Positions 13,090-28,439 of a DNA stretch of 64,000 nucleotides are shown here, piece after piece. Below the pieces are notes generated by a model. That model did not search any database. It was not told the origin of the DNA and was given only the letters and a program-made list of their open reading frames with translations. Origin of the DNA: the human T2T-CHM13v2.0 reference genome, Homo sapiens; the NCBI RefSeq assembly GCF_009914755.1, contig NC_060932.1; one strand, 5' to 3'. Position numbers and translations under genes: made by a program. Position 1 is the stretch's first letter, and each line of letters starts with the position of its first letter.

Positions 13090-14167
13090 TTAACACTGGC
13101 CACTCTGGTATCTTGAGAAGCCGCCTCCTGAGTGCCACTCAAGGGTTAAGTTCAGAGCTGCCTCTGCCTGCTGTCAGGCTGCGCGTGGGCACCGCTTTGG
13201 GTGGGTGAGCGTGGAGCGGCATATGGGTGATGTTCTGCAAGCCCTGCCACCTGCCCTAAGCCTCGACCACATGACACTGGCATCTCCCTATACCCCAAAC
13301 TGGGAGCAAAATCCAAGTCCGCTCATTTAAGGAGCCAGCAGAAGGACAAGAGCAGAAAGTTGTGCCTAGAGGTGGCTTTAGCCAGGAGGAACTCGGAAGC
13401 TGCGCTGTGGCTGGGTCTGAGCCCACTGGGGCAGTGCACGTGGTGTGATGTGGTGGTGGGTGCTGGGAGGCCCCTCTACGTGGGATGCTCTCTGTTCACC
13501 CCAAGTGCTGTTGCTGAAGGCCCTGTCTTTCCCAACCACTCTGGGGGAGGGGGAGGAGGACACTGATGAAAAAGTGACTAAAGACAGAAGGGAGGAAGGA
13601 AGTAGTCACACTGGAGAGCCCCAGCATTGGTGGGACAGTCTGCAGTCATTCATTCAGGAGGCACTCACTGGCTTCCCACCTGCGGCCAGGTGCAAGGTGT
13701 GGGGACAAGGTGAGTGTGGCATGGCCTCTGCTCACCAGGGCAGTGTGGGATACCGGGTGGTTGAGGGAGGGCTGCCAGGGGAAGGTGCAGGGTACTATCC
13801 AACCCTGCACTAGAGGGCTGTGGGGGGAGCCAGTCAGCAATGGCCAGGAGGGCGTCCTGGCAGAAGTGACTCCAAATTGAGAGCTAAAGGATGACTAGAA
13901 ATTAGCACAAGAGAAGAGGGGAAAGAACAGCAAGTGCAGAGACTGGAGGCTAAAAGCAGCAGGAGGCTGGAAGCAGCGGGCGGCATCCAGGAAAATGAAA
14001 GTAGCTGGGCTTGTTGGGAACCTAGAGCGTGCAGGGGCGAGGGGAAGCTGCAGGGGTGAGTGGAGACTGCTCTAGAAGGCTTTGGAAGGCCTGCCAGGCT
14101 GCCATGGCAACTTCTGTTGGAGCAACACTTGGGACCTGGAGCCAGGCAGGAGACTTCCCAGCAGGAA

Positions 14168-14357
14168 GAGATTGCCAGATTTAGCCAATAAAAGCACGGG
14201 ACACTCAGATTTGAATTTCAGATAAGCACTCAATGGTTTTTTTTTCACTACAAATATGTCTCATGAACTACATGGAACATACTTATACTCAAACATTATT
14301 CACTGTTTCTCTGAAATTCACATTTAACTGGGTGTCCTGTATTTATCTGGCAACCCT
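14168..14357. mobile_element. MER53 palindromic hAT MITE
   Basis: Terminal inverted repeats TTGCCAGAT...ATCTGGCAA; internal GGACACTCAG/CTGGGTGTCC and TGAATTTCAGA/TCTGAAATTCA. Confidence 0.85.
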
Positions 14358-14539
14358 ACTCTAGGAGAAGCTGAGGTTGGCGCAATGCTGTGAAGTAAAG
14401 GCTGGAAACTGCCCAGGCACTCTGAGAACAGTCTCAGGTCTATCTTGTAACCATTCCTCCTGGATTTTATTATGAGCTCATTTAAAAAACAAAAAATCAA
14501 TTCCTTGGTCAGTTTATTCATCTATACAGGTGAAGGAGT

Positions 14540-14740
14540 ATGGTACCTCAGAAAAAACGACATTAAATCCAGACAGATCTGGGTTCAAATCCATGTAGAC
14601 CGGTGAGCTTCTCTGACCCTCAGAATCCTCTTTTCTGAAATGAGGGCAGGAGTATCTGTTTGTGCAGGTGGTTGGGAGGATCCCTGATAATGTATGTAAA
14701 TTGCCTAGTGAGTACTAAAGGAAACATGGTACATATTGAA
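14540..14740 (+). mobile_element. MIR
   Basis: CAGACAGATCTGGGTTCAAATCC...CTTCTCTGACCCTCAG...TGTATGTAAA. Confidence 0.65.
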
Positions 14741-15627
14741 TTTTGCAACACCTTCACAGGGTTGAGCAAAGCAACAGCCACAGAGTGCTTGGGTTCATTT
14801 ACTTCCACAAGTGAGCACTTGGAGGTCTCAGGTGAAATACATAGTAGGGTTCATGCTTCCAGTGAGAACTCGTGGGGTTAGCCCTTGGGTTGGGGACAGA
14901 GTCTGCATTATGTTTTTAGCTTTGCTACTCCCTTCCCATATGACCTGCTTCAAGGGGTGGAGATATAACACTCTTCTTGAGGGATGGTGGGTGGGCAGAG
15001 AGTGACTCAAAGTAGAATTAACTGAAGGGAAATGTGAATGAATTAAAGTAGAGAATCCAGATAAAATATTCAGCGCAGACAAATGCGCCATGAAATTTGG
15101 CTGTCATGATTCCCAGTTTTAGGATGAGTTCCTTATTAGAAAAGTAGCGCTAAGAGATAGAGGAAGTGAAGGTGCCTTATGAACTGGATTTTGACTTTAA
15201 TGGGAGCATTTGTAACAACAAATTAGGGTCCTCCTAAAAGGGAACCTAGAGGAAGTTAAGAATTCGTTAAGAGAAAGAGGAAATGGAAAGTGTGTTTCCC
15301 TTGTGGGAACGGCTAGGTTAAAAATGGTCCTTCCTTCCAGTGGCTAAATCTCCCCATCCCCCTGTGATAAACATTTTGTCCCCAGGCCCTTGGATTGTTT
15401 GCCCAGGTGGTGTTGAGAGAGACCCTATGGCGTGAGATGGATAGAGGTGTTCCACTGATGAAACGTTCAAATGAGCCTGCACTTGGACATGTGTCTTGAA
15501 TATTTGCAAGATCAAGGTTATGATAAGTCCTGCATAAAAAGACACGTGTCATTCCCTGAGGATGGCTGTAGAGCCCATGCACATTCTCAGGGAAACAGCA
15601 TTCCACATTGAGTGAACCTTGATGTGA

Positions 15628-16061
<434 letters not shown>

Positions 16062-16589
16062 TGTATGCAATCTTTCTAGCATCATGCATCCTTCAGAGAC
16101 ACAAACTCCCACCTGTATCAGCCTGAGTCTTCCCATTGCAGATCCGGCCATGTTTCATCGTGCAGAGGACCCTGGAGAAAGTCCAAGTCCCTTGGCACTT
16201 AGCTCTCCATAGTGACGACAGTAGCTCCATGTGCCCCAAATACTGCTAGGACAAAGGAAACTGATGGTGAGGCTAGGGAGGGGAGGGAGGCTACCCTGGG
16301 GCTACCCTGCATGGTAGGTCACTCAGTCTCTAGTTTCCCCTGCCTGGGACCCATATGTCTCAGGACCATGTGACCCTGGCCTCCCAGGTAAATGGCCACA
16401 TTGGGGGATGGAGTAGAGGTGCAGAGCTGCGACGTGCCCGGGGCTGAAAGTGTGGTGATGAAGATAAGTTTTGCTGGCTTGAGGATGAAGAGTTTCCTTG
16501 TAGAGTACGGGTCAGTTCCAGGGTTAAGGAGAAAGAGCAGGGATAGTGGTGACTCTGCAACACTGATATGCCTTATCTGTCCAAGCAGT

Positions 16590-16790
16590 CGGATGGTCAA
16601 GAGCTCAGGCTCAGTCAGTCTGCCTGGGTTCCAGCCCAGGTTTGGTACCCCCTGAGTGACGTTAGGTAGGTGAGTTAGCCCTAGCTTCCTATTTGCAAGA
16701 TGGAGACAATAACAGGGCTTTGGGTGAGGGTGGCATGAGATAGTGTACATTAGAGAGATATTCAAAATACAGCTACTAAAACCTGAGTAC
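16590..16790 (+). mobile_element. MIR
   Basis: GTCAAGAGCTCAGGCTC...CTGCCTGGGTTCCAGCCC...TTCCTATTTGCAAGATGGAGACAATAA. Confidence 0.65.
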
Positions 16791-18287
16791 AGATCAAACA
16801 GAACAGACACCACCATTACTCTGAGCAGCGTCAGAGAGGCCCCCTTCCATGCCAGGCTCACCCCGTCAGTGCATCTTGTGGAGTCTGGGGGTGGAAGAAA
16901 CAGGCCTTTGGAGGGCTGTAGCGTGGACATATCCAACGAGGATGGACTGTTTCGATATTTCAACAACCCAGATGCACCCGCTTAATAATAGCATCTTATG
17001 CACCCACTGAATAATAATAGCGTCGAAGTACAATAAAACATTCAGTCCCATAATTAGGCAGATGATATGCATCCAATAAGTATGAGCTCTCTGGTATCTT
17101 TACACATATGGCCATATCTGAGCTGGCGGGGCAGCACCATTTATTTTTCCAGAGGTTATAGGTCCTCTTCTGCGAGGCATCAGGCAGCTTCCCCTGAGCA
17201 CTCTCTCACAAGCATACATCAGGTATTCAATGATGTTTGTTTCTGCCTAATCCCACTCTCAGTTCACTGTGTTTTGGCAACAGCCAGCCCTCATTAACTC
17301 TTTAGACAGCGAAGAGACTGTCTACGAATGCCCAGCCGGCACTGAAGTCTAGATGGTCATTTAAAGCGTTCAGAGAGCTGACAGGTAGGAGAAAATGGTG
17401 GCTTCACTTTCTGGGCCTCCTAACTCTGTGTACAAAGCTGCGAGCTGTGCAAGGGGGCGGCAGAGGGGGAGGGGATAGCTTTTTGAGTCACTCTGCTATT
17501 TCTCAAGGAATAATTATTACTCATGGTGACAGTTTATTAAGAAGAGCAGACTTGAGGCTGCATGTTCCGACACACTTTTCACCCAGATGCAGCGGGCAGG
17601 TTGGTGTGAATGCAGAGTTTAATTTTCAGGAGACCCTCCAGGTAGGCCACAGGGGGCCTGCAGGGGTGGACGCTGCTCTGAGTTTAGTGGTCTTCGTGGC
17701 CTCTTACCTTTTCCCAGCACTAAGGTGGTTGCTGCTTTTATGAGGCAGCCAGTTAGTGTGACTAAAACCAAGATCAGCAATGGCCAATACCTGCGGGAGG
17801 CAAGCCTTCCCGTTTCCTAGCTTGGCTATGTTCGCTAACATCTTCCCCCTCTCCAGTTCTCTCTCTTCCTTTTATGTTCTGAAATCCACCCACACAGAAT
17901 CTGGTAAGATCACTCACTAGAGACAGGAGGGCTCAAAGAATCCACCTCGCCCAGGGTTTAGAGCTCGGTACCAGGTTTAATTCACATCTCCTGCATTTGT
18001 CTTCCTTTAAATTGGACCAATTCTCCCAATAATTGTGGGGGCAGACCCCCTTTTAATGCCCTTTCTTTCTTGAGGGCCTTGCACCTGATTCTGTGAGAAC
18101 CTGCCCCCCACAAGCCATAGCAGTCCCACTGGTTCATATGGGGGTGATTGATGGGGAGGGGTGTACTGGGAATTCTGACCTGAGTTTGGGTTTTGCTCTT
18201 CTGGGGGTTCCCTTCTCACCTTTCTCACCTGGGACGGAATGGCCCCTGTGGTGGTTCTGACCACTTGGAGCACCATCATTTTCTGGT

Positions 18288-18611
18288 TTCTTTTTTTCTT
18301 TTCTTTTTTTTGAGACAAAGTCTCACTTGGGTGCAGGGGCATGAGCCAAGACTACAGGCACATGCCACCACACCTGGCTTATTTTCTTTCTACAACCTCT
18401 ACCTCCTGGGTTCAAGAGATTCTCCTGCCTCAGCTTCCCGAGTAGCTGAGATTACAGGCACCCACCACCATCCCTGGCTAATTCTTTTATTTTTAGTAGA
18501 AACGGGGTTTCACCATATTAGCCAGGCTGGTCTCGAACTCCTGACCTCAGGTGATCCACTCCCCTCAGCCTCCCAAAGTGCTGGGATTACTGGTGTGAGC
18601 CACCACACCCT
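18288..18611 (-). mobile_element. Rearranged antisense Alu (AluS plus fragment)
   Basis: Alu segments with a repeated CTACAGGCA..CCACCA block and a missing right-arm end. Confidence 0.8.
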
Positions 18612-19407
18612 AAATTAATGTACTGATTTAGGGTTTCTGATTTCTAAATTAATGTACTATGTCCATCCCACTGCTCTGGGAACCTCAAGTGCTTTTCTAT
18701 GTTCTCTGGCAGTATTTGGAGTCAAAACCCAACCCCTCTCACCCAGCTCCATGTACCCAGTCCCCGCCCCCAGGTCCCACCCCAGGTAGGTTATGAGAGA
18801 TCTGATGCTGCTGCACTTTGCACCTCTGCAGAGGCTCTTGGCAACATCCGGTCACATCCCCTCCGCTATTTAGGCAGATGTTTGGTGCTGGCAGACAGCG
18901 GTGCCAACCAAGACAGCTGCAAGTGGCTCACTGCAAGTTTGAATCCCAGCCCCTAGCTCATTACAGGCAGAAGCTCAGGCAGTTTTTCAGCCCGGGCAAG
19001 AGGAAAGAGAGTCAGAGGGCAGGAGGCCTGAGCTTTGGTGTAGATTCTCTCACCTGTTAACTGGGGTACATTGGCTAAATCTCTTTCCTCTTCAAGCCTT
19101 CCTTTTCTCATTTGAAGATGAAGAATTGGTACTGCCTCCCTAATAGGGTAATGGAGAGAAATACTTGACTGTGTGAAAATCCCCCATAAAACATCACAGG
19201 CATTGTCCCAGGAAAAGTGATGAATTTGGGATCAGAACGTGGTGGGTTTGACTCTCGACTCTGTCATACTCTGCCTGTCTGACATCGCCAAGTGATAGAA
19301 CCTCTCTGAGCCTTACTTTGCTAATTTGTAATTTGTTCTAGGCACTTGTTGAATGTTTCTCCCCATCACCCCCTTTACTCTCAGGGTATAGTTTTTCTTC
19401 CCCCAAT

Positions 19408-19698
19408 TTTTTTTTTTATCTCATTTCGAGACAGAATCTCACTCTGTTGCTCAGGCTGGAGTACAGTGGTGCGATCACACCTCACTGCAACCTTGACCTC
19501 TCAGGCTCAAGCAATCCTCCGGCCTCAGCCTCCTGAGTAGCTGGGGCCACAGGCACATGCCACCACACCCGGCTAATTTTTAAAATTTTTGTAGAGACGA
19601 TGTCTTGCTATGTTGGCCAGGCTGGTGTTGAACACCTGGGCTCAAGCAATTCTGCTTCGGCCTCCCAGAGTGTTGGGATCACAGGCATGAACCACCAC
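19408..19698 (-). mobile_element. AluJ
   Basis: GGCTCAAGCAATCCTCC...TGTAGAGACGATGTCTTGCTATGTTG. Confidence 0.9.
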
Positions 19699-19759
19699 TT
19701 CTTCCCCCTAATTTGAGGAATTATATCTGTCCTCACAAAGTTTATAGTATGGTAGGGGA

Positions 19760-21350
19760 GGCAATACATGAAGATAAAGAACTGTAAGATATTTATTTAA
19801 CTCTAAGTTACTTAAAGGTAAATAATGTGCCATAAAAGAGGCACGAAGTGCTATGAGATTGCAGGGCAGAGATTCCTTCTGGCTATGGACTCTGGGAATG
19901 CTTCCTGGAGGAGACGGCATTTGGCAAAGCTCTGAAAGGATAGACAGGATACACTGTGGGAACTTGAGATGGTGGCTGTAGTCAAAGAAGAGTATAAATA
20001 ACAGCAGAGAGATGGAGAGGTGTGGTTTGAGTGACTCATTTTGGGTGGAACCAAGAGTGGCAAAAGGCAATCAGAGTTGGGGGTGGAACGGAAGATAAGG
20101 CTTGGACAGGGAGGCCAATGTGTTTGGGAGTTATCCTGGAAGTCCCAGACAGCCATGGGGCTTTATTCTGAAGGCAGTAGGAGCTGTTGACCATGCTGAC
20201 TTCGGTGGAGGTGCGAGGGTCAGATTCTGGTGTGTAGAGTGGATGAGAGTGAAGAGAGCTTGAATTCGCAAGGGAGCAGATAAGAGAGTGTTGTAATATT
20301 TCAGGCCTCACACATCTGAATAAATTGCGTAACTCAGATACTTTGCGGTCCTGTGGAGCATGCAGGCATCCCCTGGAGGCTTCTACTTTCTCTGAGCTGA
20401 AATTGGTTCTTTGATGAATTTGAGAGATATATAACTTATGAGAACATCCATGAGAAACCCACCATTCCTCTTCACCTCTGTCTTCCATATTCTTGATTCC
20501 CAGCCTGGCCGCTTCCCCCTGGGCCTCCCCTCTGCTAGGAGTGTGTTAAATGCCAAGCCTGTCTCAACCTCTATCTGGCAGCACCTTGAAGTATCAAGTC
20601 AGGAATATGCACTTAGATCCACAGGCCCCTTCTCCATCATGTCTCCGGTGACCATCCAGATGTGATGATTCCCAGGACCCTCCCTCCCTCCCTTAGCCCT
20701 CACTTCTAAGAGTCTGTAAGATATTCCCACTTGAGGAGCTTGTCTTCTTCAATGCTGTATCTCAGAAATTAAACTCCTCCTTTTCTCACGCCAAACCATC
20801 TCTCCTCCTGGCTTCTCTCCTCTTCATGGGGTTGTTCATCTCCCACACACTCAGGTCAGAAACCTTGCTATTGCCTCCCCTCTTTCCACGCCCCCACTTT
20901 TTTCTGCTCATATCTTGCCCATCACTCAATCCTGCAGATTCTTTCTTCATGCCTTTCATTCCTTCCTTCCCGTTTCTATGGCCCCTACTCTGACCCAAAT
21001 CATATTACCTAATATTGCTTCATATTTTTACCCAAGAGCTTCGTCCTATCTCTGGTTCCCTTGGAAGCTCCCCAATGCCTGCAGGCAAATCCAGCCCCCT
21101 TAAATTTACCATTCAGTGCCTCCCATAATCCAACCTTGATCTGCTCTTCTAACTAAACTTTCCCCATACCCAAATGAAGCCCCAGCCAGCCTGGTGTGCT
21201 CCCCAGTCTCTGGCAAGCCTCTGCTCAAGTCCTGTGTTCTGTTTGGAATGCCAGCCCCATGCACTTCACCAGTCCTACTTACTCCTTTAAGGCTCAGTCG
21301 GTGACCCACCCTTTTGGAGGACATCTGAGCTCCCCATGGCAGCTTCTGGG
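19760..21350. mobile_element. Decayed L2 fragments (minus ~19760-20300, plus ~20500-21350)
   Basis: GCTTCCTGGAGGAG...CTTTATTCTGAAGGCAGTAGGAGCTGTTG; CTCCTTTAAGGCTCAG. Confidence 0.55.
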
Positions 21351-22138
21351 CTTCTTTGCATCCTGGGATCTCCCAGAATCTATTTTTCAACCTGATGCTA
21401 CATTCCTCCACAGCAGGGAGATGCCTTTTATTTTGTTCTTCTTCCTTATACCGTCAAATTCCAAGGATAGAAAATTGCATTTCCCTGGGCCTGTGAAAAG
21501 GGATCCCTCCCTCCCTGCACACTCATGCCTGGCTCACACGGAGTGAACCAGACAGCGCTTCCTCATTCCCCGCAGTGGGTGTCGCAACAGCCAGTTGCAA
21601 CTAGAATAGGGGCCACATCCCGAGTCTCTTGAATTCTTGCCCTGTGGTTAGGATGCCCTTCTTGCCTGTCCTGAAGGTGGAGATTTCCTACAGCCGAGAG
21701 AGAGGGAGTCAGCAGTCTAGGGCAGGAACTCCATCATTTCTTTATTAAACCACTCCTAACTCTCTCTAATCTCTGTGAGTCTTGCCTTTCCCTTTTCTCT
21801 CCTCCTCCTACTGTTGAGTACAACTAGGCCAGGCTGAATGAGAGGAGAAAGATGGGGAGGAGGAAAGAAGTTAGGCAGCCTTGGCAGAGGGTGCAATGCT
21901 CCGGGAAAATGGGAGAGATTTACAAGGCAGAGATTGACAGTTTTTAGTAACTTGACTTTGACCTCCAGTGTACACAGACATAGCCTTGGCTGCTGGACTC
22001 TGAGCTTTCTGGCCCTGGGAAGCTCGAGATTTGCAAACACTTGTTCGACAATCACCTCGTTTATCTGCATTGTCACCAGTGCAGCCTCTGAGCCCTCTCC
22101 CTGTCTTTACTTGACCCTGTATAGAAAAATGCTTTCAG

Positions 22139-22441
<303 letters not shown>

Positions 22442-23654
22442 AGAGAAAAGAAAAATGCTTTCTGCACCCAACACTGAAGACTCAGCCCCAGCCTGTGTTC
22501 ATGCCCTGGGGGTCCCTGGAAGAGGGCACAGGAGCTGCCCTGAGCCTAGGAGCCCTGGGCTAGTCACTGCCTCCTTCATATCCCACCACATGCTATGGGG
22601 TGAGTCCCCTGGGTAAGCCTGTTCAAGCCTCCTGTTTTTTATTTGTATGTGCAATCAGGGGGTGTGGGGACTTTTTAGCAAAGCTTTCTTCAAAGCAGAT
22701 CTTAGGCAAGAGCCCAATATAAACCAGGCAAAAATATTCCTATCCAGGGTTGAAGTGAGAAGGCGAGGTACCTACCAGGCCCTTGAGTCCCCTCCATGGA
22801 TCTCCTGGGGTGCAGGTCATCTGGAATTCTTTCCGGGTCTCAGGCTCGTGAGGTGCTCATTGTGTATGTGTCATGGAAGCTGGAGAATGGCTGTAGGTGC
22901 AAATGGACTTGGAAAAGAACAATGTCAAAGTCGTAAGTCCAGCCTGGGGCATGGCAGGTTTATGTATGTGTGAGTGGCGGGAGGGGCTGTAGATTTGAAC
23001 TCCCTGAAAGAAGATATGTGTAATTCTTACCAAAGAGTAAATGCATATGTTTATGAAAGAAAGTTCATTGCTATCATCTGGCTCTCCAAGGCACCTGTGA
23101 CCCCAAAAGATTAAGAACATCTCTCATAAGATATTATCATCCGTTCTACAAACCTTTCATAAAAATGACCTCAAACTTGAGCTCCTTTTTAATTCAGACA
23201 AACTAGGCCATAAGCCCTGTTGAGGAAAGAACCTTATCTGTATGGAGAGTCACTGTTACATCCCAAGGACACAGCCTGGTACCTGACACACAGCTGGCAT
23301 TGAGTACGTACAATGTGTGCCTGATATAAGGCAGCTCTGTTCTCCCAATAAGGAGGGCTGCTAAAAAAAAATTAAAAAGCTTATTTTCATATGTAAACTT
23401 TGTAGGATAATGTTGAATAGATTATTTTAGCGATACATTTTCAATCACATGCTAATAACAATACATTAACTTAAATACTGCTTTCCCCCAACTCTCCCAG
23501 TTTAGGAAACATTGTAACTGTTCACTCCCATCTCTGACATCAGTGTCCTTCTTGTCACCAGAACCCTTTCTGCATCAGCTCTTCATGTTCTGTGGGCATC
23601 ATAGTCCCTGTGGTCTAAAGAGAGTTAGCTGTTTCAAATTGATCCAAAAGGAGT

Positions 23655-23783
23655 TTATTTACTTATTTATTTTTTATTTTTGAGACGGAGTCTCTCTCTG
23701 TCACCCAGGCTGGAGTGCAGTGGCACAATCTCGGCTCACTGCACCCTCTGCCTTCTGGATTCAAGCGATTCTCCTGCCTCAGC
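23655..23783 (-). mobile_element. Truncated Alu right arm
   Basis: GAGACGGAGTCTC...CCTGCCTCAGCC followed by a C-rich tract. Confidence 0.9.
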
Positions 23784-23869
23784 CCCACGTCCCCACCACC
23801 CGTCCCCCCTCCCCCCGCCGCTGCCAGTTTTTTAATAACCGCTAATTAATACTTATTGATGAATAGTAG

Positions 23870-25040
<1,171 letters not shown>

Positions 25041-25156
25041 TATGTCAACAATATAACCACTCAGTACACTGCTTTTTAGACAATGATCTTTTAAAGGTTT
25101 GTTTACAACATTTAGCACTTGAAATTTTAAGGTTATGCCCTCAAAAAAATTGCTGA

Positions 25157-25396
25157 GGGAGCTAAGCTATGAAGATGCAAAGGCATAAGAATTATACAAT
25201 GGACTTTGGGGGAATCGAGGGAAAGGGTGGGAGGGGGGTGAGGGATAAAAGACAAATTGGATGCAATATATACTGCTCCAGTGGTGTGAGTCCATCAAAA
25301 TCTCAGAAATGACCACTAAAGAACTTATTTATGTAACCAAACACCACCTGTTCCCCAAAAACCTATGGAAAGAAAGAAAGAAAAAATTTTAAAAAG
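25157..25396 (+). mobile_element. 5'-truncated L1PB-like 3' end
   Basis: GGGAGCTAAGCTATGAAGATGCAAAGGCATAAGAAT...CCACTAAAGAACTTATT; 12-bp TSD AAAAATTGCTGA (25145-25156, 25397-25408). Confidence 0.85.
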
Positions 25397-26919
25397 AAAA
25401 ATTGCTGAATCTATATTATAGTATGGTGGTTGCTTTTCATAAAAACCAATTCTTTTAAGTAACCTTTGTAAGCATCCCAAACTAGCCTTGATTGATTGGA
25501 GTGCTAATACTTTTCCCAAACAGTATATTGTTGTTCAAAATAAGATAATTGAGAAAGCAACCCATAACATGAAAGATTCTGTAAGGGCTTGGATATAAAC
25601 TTTCTCCTTTCTGACAGATAATTTGGGAAGGTAGAGAGCTTTACCTCCTATTCAAGCAAATGTGATATTTAAAAATAAGTAGATGGATGAATGGACAATG
25701 GACTCATGAATGAATGAACAAAAGAAGAAATGCAAGCAAGTAAACCAATCAAGCAACCACACCAATCTTTCCCTCTTTATTTAGGATTTTCTAATCCCCA
25801 CTTAGTAAATCAGCCTTGGTCTTTAATTTACATTTTATGGAACCATATATAAAATTGTTTAAAAAACAAGTTTACAGTTACAGATTAGAAACAAGACACT
25901 GTATTTTCTGTCGCCTGGAATATCTTTATCATCTTCCTTTAAAAATGGGAAGAAACTAAGGCTGCGCAGGGTCCTGGAGGCAGTTGAGAGACTCAGACAT
26001 CAAGTGATGTGATTGCAGGCCTTGGTCCAGAGTTGTAAGTCACCAGAGTGGGACCTTTAGGCTTGTGACATGATAACAAGGATTTTCTTGGGTGGGCCCC
26101 CCAGCTCTTCATTGCTCTTTCCATCAGCACAAAGGCTTCTGGGTTGCTGATGTTTTGTGTGGTGGCCCTGGAGGTCTCTCCTTCTACCTTCTCTGGGGTG
26201 AGACAGTCTGATCCATCTCAGAGGCCACACTCACCACCTACTGCACAGAGACACAGCCCCCTCCCCATCCTTTACCATTGGTCCTTTCTTAAGAAAATGT
26301 GTCAGCTGGCAAATGGTACTCTGGAGTTTGGGGTAAGAGAGAGAAAGAGGAAGAATACTGGGCAAGAAGGTAAGAAAGGAAGCTGTGGCCTGACATGGGC
26401 ACAGAGACATGGGCGAAAGCTTGAGAGATGACCTTTAAAGGCTCAGACCCCGGAAAGGGAAGAAGTTGGGACAATGGAAAGACTGGCAGGGTGGTAACAT
26501 AGCAGGCAGGCTCTGGCGTAGTTGACTCTGGATTGTGTATGGTTGGAGTTGGGGATCAGGGGGTCAGGGACAGTACACAGCAATGTGGACATACATGGCC
26601 TGGACTCCTTTCCTTTACTGATGGTGGTTGGCAGGTTCAGAATTAGGAGTTCAGGTCAGCATCTTTCAGAGAAGCATTCAGATCCCTTCTGTAGAATTTT
26701 AGTCCATTCCTGGGCAGGATTCCAGTGTTTCCAGTGACAGTGACACCTAGTCCTTTCTTCTGTGCCTGTCGGTCAGGACGGAGTCTCACCTATCCTAGCA
26801 GGTGGCTGTTTTCCTTTCGGCTTTAAACATCTGCAAGGAATGAGTCTATGTGCTTCCTTGAAGCCATGTTTCCTATTTTTGAGAATGTAGAATTGGTGGC
26901 TTTGACATGGTGAATCTAA

Positions 26920-27440
26920 AGCCCAGCTCCACATCACTTAGCACCTGCTGTGGGCCAGGTACCATGCAAGGCATGAGTGGTTTCAGAGGTGAACAAGGGG
27001 TACTATTCTCAAGATGAAACAGTAATTCAGGCAGCCACAGTGAGACCAGATGTTCTGCATGACAGTGGAGCAGATGCCATGGAGGCAGGAAGGCCAGAGC
27101 TACCAACTTTACCAAGAGGTGGCCCAAAAGGTGGTGCTGGGAAGGATTTTGAAGAAGATATGTGTGTGCCAGGCAAAGGGTGGTTGGGTGAGGTGCTTTA
27201 CAGGTTGAGAGCACAGCATATGCAAAGATAAGAAGGCACTGAAGAAATGGGGCCTGTTTTGGAAGCTGGGAACATCTCAGGGTGTCTGGATCTAGCAGGA
27301 GCACGGTGGAGATAAGGCGAGAATGCTATAGAGACCCTTGATCTGGGTGGCTTAGTGTTGGACATCATTCTCCGGTGACAGGAAGCAATAGGATAGATAG
27401 GATAGGATAGGCAGTTGCAAGAATTTTTAAGCAGGGAAGA
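26920..27440 (-). mobile_element. L2 fragment
   Basis: TTAGCACCTGCTGTGGGCCAGGTACCATGC...TTTAAGCAGGG. Confidence 0.55.
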
Positions 27441-28439
27441 GAGTCAGATTTTTGTTTGAAGAGGACTTTGGCCCCAGGCCACAGGAGCTCTTGCACCAAG
27501 CATGGAGAAGCCTTGGCTGGGCATGGGCAGACAGGCATTTCTGGGGTGTGGCCAGGGCTGCAGGCAGGGCTGAGCTGGTGCAGCAAGTGGGAGGTGCCAG
27601 CCCTCCAGGGGCATGGCCCAGGCTGCCAACTGCTGCTTGGGCATTGAAGCTGTCCATGCTGGCCGCTGGCCAGCAGGGCTGGTGAAGGAAGAACCCACTT
27701 CCTGCCTCTTGCTGCTGTTTGCGTATGTGCAGTGGGGAGGGGGGCAGACAGAACAGACAGGGCTTGGCCAGGCGGGTAAGAACCAGCCAGCTGTCAGCAA
27801 GAGGTGCAGTGGGAGAGACGGATGAAGGGGATACCTACCTGGAGAGCAAGGGGGTGGCCTGGCAGCTATTTTTGCCCCAACAATTGGGCTCAGCTATTCC
27901 ATCGGGATGATGACACACAGAGGATGTTCAGGAGTAGAAGGCGCTGTGGTGGAGGGAAGGGCATCCTCATGTTCTACCTCCCCGGGTGCCCCTCCTCCCA
28001 GAGCTCTTGGCTGTACCATCCATTTGTGCCTGGCACATGTTTTCTTGAGATAAAATTATTTTTCACAAGTACATGCATTGCTAAATGGGATGAAGGAAAG
28101 GCGGGCCCCCGTCTCGTGCCCCTTTGTCTCCCAATCATAATCTAGCAAATGTCAGGATACGGAGCTCACACTCCGGAAACATTTGTTCAGATGCAGAGAA
28201 GTTTTAGGGAAAAGATTATCAAGGAAAAAGTGCTTGTTTTGGGATGGTCTCTGATACCTGTGGAAATGAGGGGCATCAGAGAGATTCAGATAAGAACAAG
28301 ATGCACAAAAGCTCATCCACTCCCAAAAGAGCTGAGTGAGTGGAGGACTCCCTGGCCCCAGGATGCGGCCACTTCAGTGGAGGGTGTTCTGAGGGGAGAT
28401 GTGTGTCATGACCAAGGCGGGCAGTCCTTGGACTCACTG

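Noticed and set aside
16319-16966. Longest ORF (215 aa, minus strand)
   Set aside because: No recognisable domain, overlaps a MIR, non-ATG start; consistent with chance
27388-27412. (GATAG)n short repeat
   Set aside because: Ordinary degenerate microsatellite inside L2
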